Source: Candidatus Obscuribacteraceae bacterium
GTDB lineage: Bacteria; Cyanobacteriota; Vampirovibrionia; Obscuribacterales; Obscuribacteraceae
Assembly (NCBI GenBank): GCA_044226015.1
Contig: JBGAHS010000003.1
Location: 224,001-288,000 of the forward strand
Direction of reading: 5' to 3'
DNA: 64,000 bases
Positions 1 through 10,403 of this stretch are shown piece after piece; positions within the stretch are counted from its first letter, which is position 1, and each line of letters opens with the position of its first letter. The translations under genes and the position numbers were made by a program. The notes beneath the pieces were generated by a model. That model was not told the DNA's origin. It saw nothing but the letters and a program-made list of their open reading frames with translations, and made no database searches.

Positions 1-560
1 TCCACAACGCGGCATTACATCCAGCGTTGCACACCTACTTCAAGAAATACTTTTACGAGCCATATCATAGCGGTCTTATCTTCATGTCCGCTGGCAACGA
101 ATCGTTTCCCGACCCAACACCACCAGTTCCTTATCTGTGCGTTGTAAGTGCAGTCGATAGAGATGGCAAAATTGCCGACCTGGAAACATGGGGGTCAAAC
201 TATGGACCAGCAGTAATGTTCACAGCGCCGGGCGTGCAGATTGGTTGTTCTAACAAAGAAAATAAGCCAAAAACAACAGATGGAACATCGCTTTCCTGCC
301 CCATAGTTGCTGGCGTAGCAGCGCTCATCATGGACAAAAAACCAATGGCTCCAAACATCGAAATTCTGCGAACAATGATTGCAAGCTGCAAGAAAATCAA
401 AGGCGCTCCGGTCTTCACACCCTATTACGGCTGGGGCATGCCCGATGCCTACGCAGCAGTGACGGGCAAAGAACCGCATCCGCCAGCGGCAGAACCTGGC
501 AACTCAGCACCAGTCTACAATGCGACAGCTGGACATGCCGCTCGACGTTCAAGCAAGTAA
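1..560 (+). CDS. Subtilisin-like S8 serine peptidase, C-terminal part (runs off window start)
   Basis: SAGN oxyanion motif, APG, catalytic GTSLSCPIVAG (GTSxA/S-P-x-VAG), YGWG; frame open to the left edge. Confidence 0.85.
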   Translation, partial: HNAALHPALHTYFKKYFYEPYHSGLIFMSAGNESFPDPTPPVPYLCVVSAVDRDGKIADLETWGSNYGPAVMFTAPGVQIGCSNKENKPKTTDGTSLSCPIVAGVAALIMDKKPMAPNIEILRTMIASCKKIKGAPVFTPYYGWGMPDAYAAVTGKEPHPPAAEPGNSAPVYNATAGHAARRSSK

Positions 561-1085
561 CTACACTCAAAGGAAAATCATTTATCCAGAACATCGAATG
601 GCGACAGAGGCTCGATGTGATCGTTGATTTGTTGCGCGCAATTCGATCTCGCTTCGAAATCGGTGTGAAAATGCAACTTATCTGGTCAAACGGCGATATG
701 CACTGCATCAATGACCGAGCCACTGCAGAATGGATGGATACGACCAGGGTCGAAATATTGGAACTTTTTGCATCGATTGCAAACGAGGCCGGTATACAAC
801 CTCCTCGAACAGCGCTTCGTCCTCGCTGGTGAATTGACGGTCCGTTCGGTTGATCTGGCCTATCCCGAAAAAATTGCTTAACAAGAGTAAACTGGCGCTA
901 GGGCTTGAAAGATTTAGAGAGCATACAGCTGAACATAACTGTGTCGAGCGTGTGCAAATCAAGGCTATTTTCAAATACAGTCTCAAGTAACAGGTGCTTG
1001 CACTTTTGAATCTTGTATGAACTAACAGTTTCCGCTGGCAGGAAAGACTCCAATGTCGGGAATATTGGTTACAGAGGTGGAAAAG

Positions 1086-2831
1086 ATGAAACCAGATAGC
1101 GACAACAGGAAAACAGAGCGACCATCCGAAACGGCGGAGAGCCAATCCGAGAGTGCAGAAAAGCGCGCCGAGAGGAAGGAACGAAACGAGGCTGTGCAAG
1201 GATTTGGTAATCTGACTGAAGGAATTAAAGAGCACAGACGCAAGCAACATGAATCCGGTAAGTCTGGGATCACCGGTATGGGTGATGCGAATGGAACGTT
1301 TGGATCGGCAAAAGACATTTTGGGAAAGCGGGCGCAGAAAAACAAAGAAGAAAAATCAGAAAAGTCGGAAAAGCCACGAGAGAATTTTGTCACGACTTCC
1401 GTTAAGGCAGAGTTGTTGAAAGGTTCCAACGACGGAAGTGGCGAGAATAAAATTGCTAAGAGTGAATATAAAAACGAAAACCTTGAAAAGGATGCCGCGG
1501 ACAGTGCGGCGTATCGGGCTGAGCTACTAGACAAAGCTAGTGCGACGTTGTTGAAAGGTGCCGAAGAGAGATTTGGCAAAAAGAATGTTGATATATTGAA
1601 TATTGCAGAAGGGGACGTGGGTGCAGCGACTTCTGCATTGTTATTGGGTCCTGATATTTGCAAGTTGATGGGACCTGAGCAGACAAGTCTTACAGGAAAA
1701 AAACTTGTTGTTTTTGGCATTGCTCCTATGTTCGGCGCGGCGGAAGAAGCTCAAAAGAAAATCAGCGAAGATAACCTACAGAAGACAATACATGACGGCA
1801 GCGGCAATTTCATTGGCGGAACCGCCATTGGTGCTGTGCTAGAGAAAGCACATCCCGCAATTCTCCTAGCAGCCTTAGGTGGTGGCATTGCAGCCATAAC
1901 AAATGATCAGTTGAATTCGCCCGAGCATATGCAGCGCAACGCTGAGCTGGGGCAAATGAATGGCAGGCTCGCAAATTGCAGCAATGCCGATTTGTTGCAA
2001 TTTGCAGATCGCACAAAAGCGATGCTGGGTCCAGAGTATTACAAAGCGGCCTTCGACCTGGCTACAGGTGGAGCCGGTCTACCAGAGGGAGAGGCGGTCG
2101 CTGCAGGAGTAAAGGAAGAGACCAAGCCCCTTCTGGAGCAAATCGAGCCTGCCAAGGTTTTGGAAGGACTGAAGAATTTGGGAAAAGATGCCTGGGAAGC
2201 GCTGGGTAATTTTTGTGGTGGTTCTGAAATGCTGACCACCGAAGGCGTTAAAACTCGATCGCCGAAAATAAGCAATGAAGCCGAAGATAACATTCTGCAG
2301 ATGGCACAGCATCGCGCAGATCGAGCAAATGATTGGCAAAGGGAGCTATCCAGAGAAGTAGAATCATCAAAGGGAGAAGCGACGGGATTTCGGGGAGATC
2401 ATGATTTTCATTCACCTGTAAATGAAAAAGGCAGGCGCAAATCACATATTGATGAGAATGGGGATCTGCGCCCTGCGGACCCTGCAGGGATTTACAAAGG
2501 ACGCAAAGTTAGTGTTGCTGAGCACATTGAAGCTCAAGCTTGCCGTAGAGCAAAAGAACATTCACCCTATACAAGTTTTGCTACGAAAGATGCGGTAATT
2601 GCAAAATATGGTGGCAAAGGAATCGAACTAGACCTTGACGGATTGAGGAATGCAATAACAAAAGGGGAGTTTGGTGTAAAAATACACGAGCATGAAGACG
2701 TGGTACAGTCAATTAGAAATAGCTATTTCAAGCGATATGAGAAAATAAAATTGCTGGAGTTTGTCGAAAAGGATAAGGAGATACTGGTTGAAGGAATAAT
2801 TCCGAAGCAGTTCATAAAAATTCGCGAGTGA
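1086..2831 (+). CDS. Polymorphic toxin with C-terminal ADP-ribosyltransferase/NADase-like (R-S-E) domain
   Basis: ORF 1053..2831; likely start ATG 1086 after GAGGTGG. C-terminus has GFRGD, SPYTSF and DKEILVEGIIP; N-terminus shares a motif with 54345..56246; small ORF follows. Confidence 0.65.
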   Translation: MKPDSDNRKTERPSETAESQSESAEKRAERKERNEAVQGFGNLTEGIKEHRRKQHESGKSGITGMGDANGTFGSAKDILGKRAQKNKEEKSEKSEKPRENFVTTSVKAELLKGSNDGSGENKIAKSEYKNENLEKDAADSAAYRAELLDKASATLLKGAEERFGKKNVDILNIAEGDVGAATSALLLGPDICKLMGPEQTSLTGKKLVVFGIAPMFGAAEEAQKKISEDNLQKTIHDGSGNFIGGTAIGAVLEKAHPAILLAALGGGIAAITNDQLNSPEHMQRNAELGQMNGRLANCSNADLLQFADRTKAMLGPEYYKAAFDLATGGAGLPEGEAVAAGVKEETKPLLEQIEPAKVLEGLKNLGKDAWEALGNFCGGSEMLTTEGVKTRSPKISNEAEDNILQMAQHRADRANDWQRELSREVESSKGEATGFRGDHDFHSPVNEKGRRKSHIDENGDLRPADPAGIYKGRKVSVAEHIEAQACRRAKEHSPYTSFATKDAVIAKYGGKGIELDLDGLRNAITKGEFGVKIHEHEDVVQSIRNSYFKRYEKIKLLEFVEKDKEILVEGIIPKQFIKIRE

Positions 2832-2876
2832 ATTTAAGTGCGCGAAAGTGGTGTTTATTTCAAGGATGGATAGAAT

Positions 2877-3218
2877 ATGACTGGAGAATCGCAGAGTCAA
2901 TCGGAATGGGTGAAACCGGTGAAGGCCCATCTCTATCATGGGCAAGACCTTGTTGGAATCATCACAAATATTGCAGCAGAAGATATGTTTCAGTGGAGCG
3001 GCAACATTGAACTTATGGGAAGCGCATCTGTCTACAAGCCAATGTTTGACTATTTCAATAACGAGTCGCGGCAAAGAGAACCGGATGAGCCTGATGAAGA
3101 GGACCTCCCGTTTGACGAATCATTGATGAATAACTGGTTTATAGAGGATGAAAATGGACGGCGGGCGGTCTCTTACCCGGTAGTTTCGGTGGAAGGCGAA
3201 GTATTCTGGCGAGATTGA
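2877..3218 (+). CDS. Putative cognate immunity protein
   Basis: 113-aa acidic ORF 45 bp downstream of the toxin gene, same strand; function from context only. Confidence 0.5.
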   Translation: MTGESQSQSEWVKPVKAHLYHGQDLVGIITNIAAEDMFQWSGNIELMGSASVYKPMFDYFNNESRQREPDEPDEEDLPFDESLMNNWFIEDENGRRAVSYPVVSVEGEVFWRD

Positions 3219-3715
3219 GAGATTTCTCAATTTGCTTGTCGAATTGAATCAAGAACTGAAAACCACCAAACTAACGGTTTCCAGTTCATCTTTGTCTCGT
3301 CCATTGCAAACCAGCTAATATACTTCGTACCTTGTCGGCGGGTATAAGATGGTCGCAAACGAACCGTTCCTATAAGTATTGTTGCGTGATTTGGCGAGAA
3401 AAAATCACACAACAGCAGACAGGAGAACAACACTGCAGGCTCGGCATTTCCTGTGGGTGAGTTAATTCCCGTAGAATTCGTAACAGATGAGTGGACGTTT
3501 CAAAGAGCTTAATTCCAATGCTTCTAAATCTAATCACTCAAAGGTGTGTGAGTCTTTGGTCTACAGCGCATGTTTGGCAGTCCCTGCAAGGTTCCTGTCA
3601 AACTGTGTAATTGCGCTACAAGCTAAACTTTCCTTCATTGTGACTTCCTCTCGCTTCTGTCCTTTGTTCTTCGGATTTCTTGATGTTCTCGTCTTACCGC
3701 TAGCCCCCGGATGCC

Positions 3716-3770
3716 GGGGACACTTTGGGGACAAATACAGGACTTGAGTAGGACGAATGCGTCTTACTCT
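3716..3770 (+). promoter_or_regulatory. GACA-box promoter (11-bp-period direct repeats + -10-like hexamer)
   Basis: GGGGACA 3716, GGGGACA 3727, CAGGACT 3738; TACTCT at 3765, 20 bp after the third box. Confidence 0.7.
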
Positions 3771-3803
3771 ATTACTATCGAACGACCCCCAGAGGACAGG
3801 AAA

Positions 3804-4679
3804 ATGCAGAGAACAAGCCGCCACAGCCGACGAAACCAGAAAGGCAATATGCTGATATTCCTCACCCTGGCAATGTCTTTTCTGTCAGTTGGTCTGGCGA
3901 TGGCAGCAAGTTTTGCTGGAGTCTATTTCACACAGAGCCGCCTGCAATCATCTGCTGATGAAATCGCAATTGCTGGTGCCCGAAAGTTGAACGAATTCAA
4001 CCGCCTGGGACAAATGAATGATATGGTCGCAAGATGCCGCCAGCTGGTCTATTCATCGAACAAGCAAATGTCGGAAACAGAACAAAATCATAATGACCTC
4101 CTGATGGAAAAACTTACTCAACAACTAAACGATGAAGCACTGCAAACAGCAGAAACATTAGACACAGAGCGCCGCAAGCTTGCTGAAACTGCATCTGCAG
4201 AGGCGAAGGACACAATGAAGCAAAAGTTCAACCAGGTAAAAAATAGTTATCAGATTGCATTGCCCTGGCTCACAATTGAGTCACCGAGTCTAGTAAAAAA
4301 CGAAACCGGATCGGTCAACGGCATGCAGTCAAACGCACAGGAATTACAAGGTTTTCCAGAACTTTCTCAAGCAGACAAGTCAAACCTCATCGACGGCAAA
4401 CCAACAAGCCTCTATCGCGCAGAAAACGACGCAAGACTGCCCATTGCAAACAGCCCATCCTTCAAGTTTTCCCCCTTGCCACCAGCCGTGGGCAATGAAA
4501 TGGCGCCAGCCCGCGCGACGTTGCCAGGTGAGTTCAAAACTATCAAAGGCGATTATGCACCATGTTGCGCCCGCGCAGGACTGCAAGTCACCGTCGGAAC
4601 CGGAATTGGTCCAAACGCAAAAGGCACTTTCACCGCAATTTCAGCAGCGATTGCAAGCGGCGGTGGTCTCTGGCAGTAA
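3804..4679 (+). CDS. TadG-like Flp/Tad pilus assembly protein
   Basis: Basic leader then G|NMLIFLTLAM hydrophobic segment; RLQSSADEIAIAGA resembles the Tad motif LQxAADxAALAGA; start ATG 3804 chosen within ORF 3711..4679. Confidence 0.65.
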   Translation: MQRTSRHSRRNQKGNMLIFLTLAMSFLSVGLAMAASFAGVYFTQSRLQSSADEIAIAGARKLNEFNRLGQMNDMVARCRQLVYSSNKQMSETEQNHNDLLMEKLTQQLNDEALQTAETLDTERRKLAETASAEAKDTMKQKFNQVKNSYQIALPWLTIESPSLVKNETGSVNGMQSNAQELQGFPELSQADKSNLIDGKPTSLYRAENDARLPIANSPSFKFSPLPPAVGNEMAPARATLPGEFKTIKGDYAPCCARAGLQVTVGTGIGPNAKGTFTAISAAIASGGGLWQ

Positions 4680-4693
4680 TAAGACATTTGCTT

Positions 4694-4748
4694 GAGGACA
4701 ATTTAGGAACAACTCCGGGACAAGGAGGTGACGATCGCTAGCTACTCT
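4694..4748 (+). promoter_or_regulatory. GACA-box promoter
   Basis: GAGGACA 4694, AGGAACA 4705, CGGGACA 4716; TACTCT at 4743, 20 bp after the third box. Confidence 0.65.
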
Positions 4749-4779
4749 ATAAGAACAAAGCAACCTGGAGTAACTAGAA

Positions 4780-5382
4780 ATGGACCGCCGAATTTCATCA
4801 CTAATCAAAATGACAGTGATCTTCATCGCTCTGCTCGTTGCAAGCAGCAACCTGAGCGGATTTGCAAAAGTAGGCGACCTCTACGATTACACCATTTGCA
4901 TCACGACTCAGCACCTCGAGCGCCAATTCAAATTCAAAGGCTCGCAGTTCGAAGACAAGATTGAGCGCCTGGATGCAGATGTTTACGACAAAGACAATGA
5001 GCACAATGCTGCACCGTACAAAAGCATTTGGTACTCACAGGGAAAGCCACTGGGACTTGAGATGTTCAACCGCCTGCAAGTGGAAAAGGGTCATGGAGTC
5101 TGCATTCGCATTAAGCACAAAACCGCTAACCCATCGCAATCAGAATTAAAGGCCGCAGCTAACGCTATTCTTCGTTTGTGGGTCGACGCAAGACTCAACC
5201 AGAGCGCAGTAATTATCGTAAAGGTTCCTGGTGACTCGTTTTATTCGATAATCGAAGACCTGCGTAATCAGGGCATGGACGTTGCGCAAGAGCCGAACAA
5301 TTGGAACATAAATGAACCCATGACGCTGCTCATCGAATCTGACGCAGTTGGACAAAAGCACCAACGACTGGCATACAAATAG
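4780..5382 (+). CDS. Exported hypothetical protein
   Basis: 200 aa with N-terminal signal-like hydrophobic stretch; GGAG RBS; within the Tad-like cluster. Confidence 0.6.
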   Translation: MDRRISSLIKMTVIFIALLVASSNLSGFAKVGDLYDYTICITTQHLERQFKFKGSQFEDKIERLDADVYDKDNEHNAAPYKSIWYSQGKPLGLEMFNRLQVEKGHGVCIRIKHKTANPSQSELKAAANAILRLWVDARLNQSAVIIVKVPGDSFYSIIEDLRNQGMDVAQEPNNWNINEPMTLLIESDAVGQKHQRLAYK

Positions 5383-5404
5383 GCTTCTGCACGACGTTTT
5401 GCAC

Positions 5405-5459
5405 AAGGACAATAAAAAGACAAACACTAGACATTTGGAAGACGAATGAAAACTATGCT
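5405..5459 (+). promoter_or_regulatory. GACA-box promoter
   Basis: AAGGACA 5405, AAAGACA 5416, CTAGACA 5427; TATGCT at 5454, 20 bp after the third box. Confidence 0.6.
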
Positions 5460-5495
5460 GTATTCATTCAGCAACGAAGTCGGAGAGAGAGCAAG

Positions 5496-6002
5496 ATGTT
5501 ACGCGAAAAAACAAACAAGAGACAGAGCAGACACGCAAGTCAGCGAGGACAATCGCTCGTTGAGCTTGGAGTAGGACTTCTGGTCATGCTTCCCCTTTTG
5601 CTTTTCATGTTGAATTGCCTCTATGTGGCTATCGGAGCATCACTCAATGACTTCGTTTGCAGAGATGCTGCGCGAGCAGCAGCTTGCGGAGCGCCCTCTA
5701 GAATGCAAACAGGAACAAACCGAAAAGTAACAAGAGGTGGTCCGAAAGACCGCGTGCTCGCGATCATCAAAAAGGTCTATAACGCAGGACTTCCAATGAA
5801 AGTGAGAGAAGATGTTACTGTTACCGAAACAGTGCGTGACGTTCCGCCAGAATCAGATGGAGGCGCGATTGACGGCGAAGTCACAGTGACAACGACCATA
5901 GACATTTTCCCTCCTGTTGTTGTGCAGGGCATGAATTCAAACGTTGTACTCAAGTCTAAGCACAGCATGCCAATCACTTACACTCGCAGAGCCAATTCAT
6001 AA
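5496..6002 (+). CDS. TadE-like pseudopilin
   Basis: RG|QSLVE prepilin motif, hydrophobic helix, RDAARAAA TadE signature. Confidence 0.8.
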   Translation: MLREKTNKRQSRHASQRGQSLVELGVGLLVMLPLLLFMLNCLYVAIGASLNDFVCRDAARAAACGAPSRMQTGTNRKVTRGGPKDRVLAIIKKVYNAGLPMKVREDVTVTETVRDVPPESDGGAIDGEVTVTTTIDIFPPVVVQGMNSNVVLKSKHSMPITYTRRANS

Positions 6003-6177
6003 GTACGACGAAAAGCCATTCCAGCAAAGGTAGAAATTAGTACCAATTAGAACTTCAATACTGAACCCCCAAAATATACTGTGCGAATAGCATTCAATTC
6101 AGTCATTCAGCTGGTCTACCAAGAAAACACTAAATTATCTCGAACTGGGAATCAATTAGTTGCAAGCCGAATTACCC

Positions 6178-6232
6178 GGGGACATTTTGGGGACAATTGG
6201 AAGACAGCACTGGAACAATCGTTTCTTATTCT
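6178..6232 (+). promoter_or_regulatory. GACA-box promoter
   Basis: GGGGACA 6178, GGGGACA 6189, GAAGACA 6200; TATTCT at 6227, 20 bp after the third box. Confidence 0.7.
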
Positions 6233-6284
6233 AGTATTGCAAGCAGGAAGTCCTCCTGCACGAGAGCAAACGGAGAGAGAGACG

Positions 6285-6866
6285 ATGAATACTAGAACTA
6301 GAAAAGGCGGCATGAGAAACAAAAGAGGAGCAACTCTTTTCGAATTCGCGGCAGCTCTCTCGCTATTCTTTTGCGCAGTGCTGGTGCCGTTGATTGACAT
6401 TTCGTTTGTTCCAGCTCGATACCTACTTACCTACACAAATCTGGATAAGGTAGTTCATCGCATGGCTTTGTCAGAGAAACGCAGCCAAGCTCTCAAATTT
6501 TTGCATGAAGATGATTCATGGAAAAAAGCTGTGGAAGCCTGGGGCGTAACAGTTAAGAACGTCAGCGCCAGACTTGTGGTCTGTGACCCTACGGGAAGTT
6601 CCAGAGTCACCTTTTCAGAAGGAAATGCGGTTCCGAGATCGCTTTTGCCAAATGGATCAAAAATTGCAGACGCCAGCTGCACCTACGCACTTGAAGTCAC
6701 AACGACAGTTGATATTCCACCTCTCTACAGCAACAAATCTGGCTTACCTGGCTTTACCCAACCGATTGAATTCAAATTCAACAACAGAGCACAGTGGGAA
6801 AACTTAAGTCCAGACCCTTACAGCACAACAGATGCGAAATCGGTAAAGTATTACATCAACGAATAA
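6285..6866 (+). CDS. TadE/TadF-like pseudopilin
   Basis: RG|ATLFEF prepilin motif plus hydrophobic helix; start 6285 preceded by CGGAGAGAGAG, the same RBS context as 5496. Confidence 0.7.
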   Translation: MNTRTRKGGMRNKRGATLFEFAAALSLFFCAVLVPLIDISFVPARYLLTYTNLDKVVHRMALSEKRSQALKFLHEDDSWKKAVEAWGVTVKNVSARLVVCDPTGSSRVTFSEGNAVPRSLLPNGSKIADASCTYALEVTTTVDIPPLYSNKSGLPGFTQPIEFKFNNRAQWENLSPDPYSTTDAKSVKYYINE

Positions 6867-6928
6867 TCTCAGAAGCGAAAACAAGCAAATCTGGAATAAA
6901 CTGAAAGCGGGGAACCCGGCACACAGAA

Positions 6929-8710
6929 TTGTCAACAAAAACAACACGCAGAAAGGAAGGATACACGTCCATCGATGTGTTCAACTTTACCTGTCGTTAT
7001 TGGAAGCAGCAGCCCTGCCGTTTTACAACAATTCTGATGCTACTCGTTGCCGCTACCTTCATTGAAACAAACATGCCGAATGCGTTGTCGTCGTTTTTCG
7101 AATCTGTGCGTTTGCATCACGAGCAAAAAGAAACATGGACAAAGCTTGCTATCTTTCTTGCCACCTACTTTGGCTACACGATGCTGTTTAACCTCAACAG
7201 TCGCATCTACAACGTTTTTGAAAACAAGATTTTCATGCAAGTCTATAATGACGCATTTTCGCATGTGCAAAGCCTGTCAGAGCAATTTTTCGTCAACACT
7301 TTCACAGGAAGCATCATAACCACGGTAAAGCGAGGGCGCGATCGAATTGAAACATTCGAGGACCAAATTCTGCTGAACTTGTTTCCGACCTGCCTTGTGC
7401 TCTTTAGCAGCGTTGTTCTGCTTGCGCTAAGACTGCCAGTACTCGCGTTTGTGGTCTGTCTGTACGTGCTTTTTATCATCGCCGGTAGCATCGTTTTAGG
7501 ACTGCGCTATGCTGGTCCAGCACAAGAAGCTTACGCCAACGCTCAAGATAAATTTGGAGGTCAATTAGCTGACTCCATAGCAGGCATTGTCACTACAAAA
7601 AGTTATGCGCAAGAGAAGAGGGAAATTGAAGAATTTGAGCGCCTAACCGAATATTTGCGTCAACATAACCTGGAAGCATATCTTCGAGGCACGGCAACAG
7701 CCTTAATTCAACGAGTTCTTCTCGGTGGCATGCTGGCAATTCTGCTGGGTGGCGGAACGTGGTACTTCATGCAGGGACATGCCACCATAGATGATATGGC
7801 TTATCTTGTGATGGCGTATACAATTCTGCAATCGTATGTGCGAAATGTTGGCGATCACGTGAAGAGCCTGCTGACCTCGTCCTATGACATGCACGCAATA
7901 GTTGCTTTGATGCGCGAAAGCCCATCGGTGGCAGACAAGCCTGATGCAAAAATTCTGGACATAAACAAAGCAGAGGTTTGCTTTGACAATGTGAGTTTCA
8001 CATACCCGAATAAGGAAAAACCGGTTTTCGAGAATCTATCCATTCGAATCAAAGCCGGCGAACGTGTTGCGCTTGTTGGCGATTCGGGTGGAGGCAAAAC
8101 ATCCTTTGTAAGATTGGTACAGCGCCTCTACGACGTTGACTCTGGAAGCATAAGCATTGACGGGCAAGATATATCCGACGTAACACAGGCATCATTACGC
8201 GGCGCCATAGCCGTGGTTCCACAGGACCCCATCTTATTTCATCGCAGCATCCGAGACAATATTGCTTATGGTCGAGCAGACGCGGGCTTAGATGAGATTC
8301 GCAATGCCGCAAAACAAGCTGACATAGATGATTTTGTTATGTCGTTAGCACAGCAGTATGACACACTTGTGGGCGAACGCGGCATCAAACTATCTGGTGG
8401 CGAACGCCAGAGAGTTGCGATTGCTCGAGCAATTTTATCAAATCGCAAAATACTCATTCTTGATGAAGCGACAAGCTCGTTAGATTCTGTAAGTGAGCTA
8501 GCCGTGCAACACGCCATCCATTCGGTCACACATGGTCGCACCTCGATTATGATTGCTCACCGCTTATCGACAATTCGCGATGCTGACCGCATCTTAGTGT
8601 TCAAAGACGGTCGCATAGTCGAAGAAGGCACACACAATGAGTTGAGCCGAAAGAGCGGCGGCGTATACGCATCATTCTTTGAAATTCAATCAGGTGGCTT
8701 CGTCCACTAG
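6929..8710 (+). CDS. ABC exporter, fused TMD-NBD (MsbA/Atm1-like)
   Basis: N-terminal TM helices; Walker A GDSGGGKT, LSGGERQR, ILDEATS, AHRLST. Confidence 0.95.
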   Translation: MSTKTTRRKEGYTSIDVFNFTCRYWKQQPCRFTTILMLLVAATFIETNMPNALSSFFESVRLHHEQKETWTKLAIFLATYFGYTMLFNLNSRIYNVFENKIFMQVYNDAFSHVQSLSEQFFVNTFTGSIITTVKRGRDRIETFEDQILLNLFPTCLVLFSSVVLLALRLPVLAFVVCLYVLFIIAGSIVLGLRYAGPAQEAYANAQDKFGGQLADSIAGIVTTKSYAQEKREIEEFERLTEYLRQHNLEAYLRGTATALIQRVLLGGMLAILLGGGTWYFMQGHATIDDMAYLVMAYTILQSYVRNVGDHVKSLLTSSYDMHAIVALMRESPSVADKPDAKILDINKAEVCFDNVSFTYPNKEKPVFENLSIRIKAGERVALVGDSGGGKTSFVRLVQRLYDVDSGSISIDGQDISDVTQASLRGAIAVVPQDPILFHRSIRDNIAYGRADAGLDEIRNAAKQADIDDFVMSLAQQYDTLVGERGIKLSGGERQRVAIARAILSNRKILILDEATSSLDSVSELAVQHAIHSVTHGRTSIMIAHRLSTIRDADRILVFKDGRIVEEGTHNELSRKSGGVYASFFEIQSGGFVH

Positions 8711-9150
8711 TCGCTAGATTTGCTAGCTAACACTTTCATAATCACGAAAACAATTCCCCAAACTGTGGAAAAAATGGAACTCATCATAGTCCAAAAATAA
8801 ACGTTCAAGAAATCGTCTATCAGCCAGTCATGCGGGTCGGCAGTTCGGTAGAGCACTTTAACGGTATCACCAACCGCCGGACCAGACGAAGATGCTATGT
8901 TAGCTCTGGCTTGAATCATTTCGCCAGTCGCCGTTTGAAACCTGACAACCGGAGCTTTTGCACCCTTTGCGGTAGTCATTAGCCCGACGACCTGACCACT
9001 AACGTGGGTTGAGTTGGCTAGCATGTCGTTAACTCGATAAATCGACACAGCAGTACATATTGCAAAAACTAGAAAACACGAACCAAACACTCTCGCGAGA
9101 ATGGCGTAAACCCTCCGCGCGTCACTCTTGTTAGCAATACTGTTGCCCAT
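8707..9150 (-). CDS. DUF3592-like membrane protein
   Basis: TM - G.VV..PVVRF.T..G..VGDTVKVLY..DP - TM architecture. Confidence 0.7.
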   Translation of the reverse strand: MGNSIANKSDARRVYAILARVFGSCFLVFAICTAVSIYRVNDMLANSTHVSGQVVGLMTTAKGAKAPVVRFQTATGEMIQARANIASSSGPAVGDTVKVLYRTADPHDWLIDDFLNVYFWTMMSSIFSTVWGIVFVIMKVLASKSSD

Positions 9151-9281
9151 CTGACCCTTGCTCTGATATCTGAGTATAGTTTCTCACAATTTCAAAACAA
9201 CTCAAGAATCTGAACATAAAGTCAGTTGACGATTTAGCCGAATGCACTTCCGGCTAGAGCCGCAGCGCAAAGCGATGTGCG

Positions 9282-10403
9282 CTACTGTTTCCTTTTCTCG
9301 ACGATAAAGTTGCGTCCTTCAGCTGTAGTTACTTTTTCATACGACGGGTCAAGTTCTGTCCAACGCTTCTTGATGTCGCTAGTCATAACATGCAACTTGC
9401 CGAACCAGAGTGAGCCGTTGTTCAAACTGGGGTTCCAGCCAGCAACACTTTTCTCATACACGTCTTCTGGCACCTCCAACTGTAGATGATGCCTGGTAGT
9501 GAGATTTCTCAGCTGCCTCGTTAGATTGAAGCTGAAAGTATTGTTGCCTACGTCTAGCTGAAGAAAGTGTCGCTGTAACGGCTCACGGCTAACAATATTC
9601 ATTTCACTCAATGGTCTATCGCTTATGTAGGTATGCTCAGAGCCCTGGTATGGAACATCGAAGGTGGTTTTGCCTTTTGCATAAATCTCGGATTTCAACG
9701 CCTTATAAGCGTCAGAGGAAATAGGATGCACGCGTTGCTTTTCGTCAGTCCAGCTAAAGGCTTGCTCAACATGCTTATCATTCACAGAAACCCAATAGTC
9801 GTGGAACGTTCCGTCAGAGAAGAAATTCACCCAATCAGATTGAGTAGACAGCCTCTCTCCTACTCGATAGGCATCGTACTGGTTCTTATCTACAATCGTT
9901 GTTTTGTATTCTCTTTGAGCGAGATTGGACAAATGCTCTAATGGGTCAAGTGTATAACTCGTCTTGCCCATGGCTAGCTCAACCACATAGGTATTGTCTT
10001 GAGTTAATTCAATTGCTTTCGAACTTGCCCGCTCATAGTCACGGTCTGCAAACCCTGAGTTTATCTTATTGACCAAAGGGTCTGATTCTGATTTGGAATT
10101 CAGAACTTGCATATCACTGGGCTTGATACCATGATGCTTGAAGAAATGAAAACCAGGGTCCTTAGTCAAATACTCGATCTCATCATAGTTATCTTCCAGC
10201 ACATCGATCTTTTTCCGATCAGAACTAAGTGCAGGAAAATTCCTCTTGTATGCATCTAACTCGTCTTTGCTCAGGTGCTTATCGGAATTCAAATCCATTT
10301 TTCCCAAGTTACTGTCGTAAAACAGTTTCAGGCTCGACATCGATTTTTCGTCAGCAGCTGCTGGCTTTGTCACATCGTCCTTGTTCTCTAGCTTTTGTTC
10401 CAA
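9282..10403 (-). CDS. Hypothetical protein with EF-hand-like loop and an internally duplicated module
   Basis: DLNSDKHLSKDE EF-hand-like loop; two similar ~70-aa segments. Confidence 0.55.
   Translation of the reverse strand: MEQKLENKDDVTKPAAADEKSMSSLKLFYDSNLGKMDLNSDKHLSKDELDAYKRNFPALSSDRKKIDVLEDNYDEIEYLTKDPGFHFFKHHGIKPSDMQVLNSKSESDPLVNKINSGFADRDYERASSKAIELTQDNTYVVELAMGKTSYTLDPLEHLSNLAQREYKTTIVDKNQYDAYRVGERLSTQSDWVNFFSDGTFHDYWVSVNDKHVEQAFSWTDEKQRVHPISSDAYKALKSEIYAKGKTTFDVPYQGSEHTYISDRPLSEMNIVSREPLQRHFLQLDVGNNTFSFNLTRQLRNLTTRHHLQLEVPEDVYEKSVAGWNPSLNNGSLWFGKLHVMTSDIKKRWTELDPSYEKVTTAEGRNFIVEKRKQ

Noticed and set aside
617..832. 71-aa ORF upstream of the ART toxin
   Set aside because: No RBS or recognisable motif; may be a gene remnant but cannot be supported
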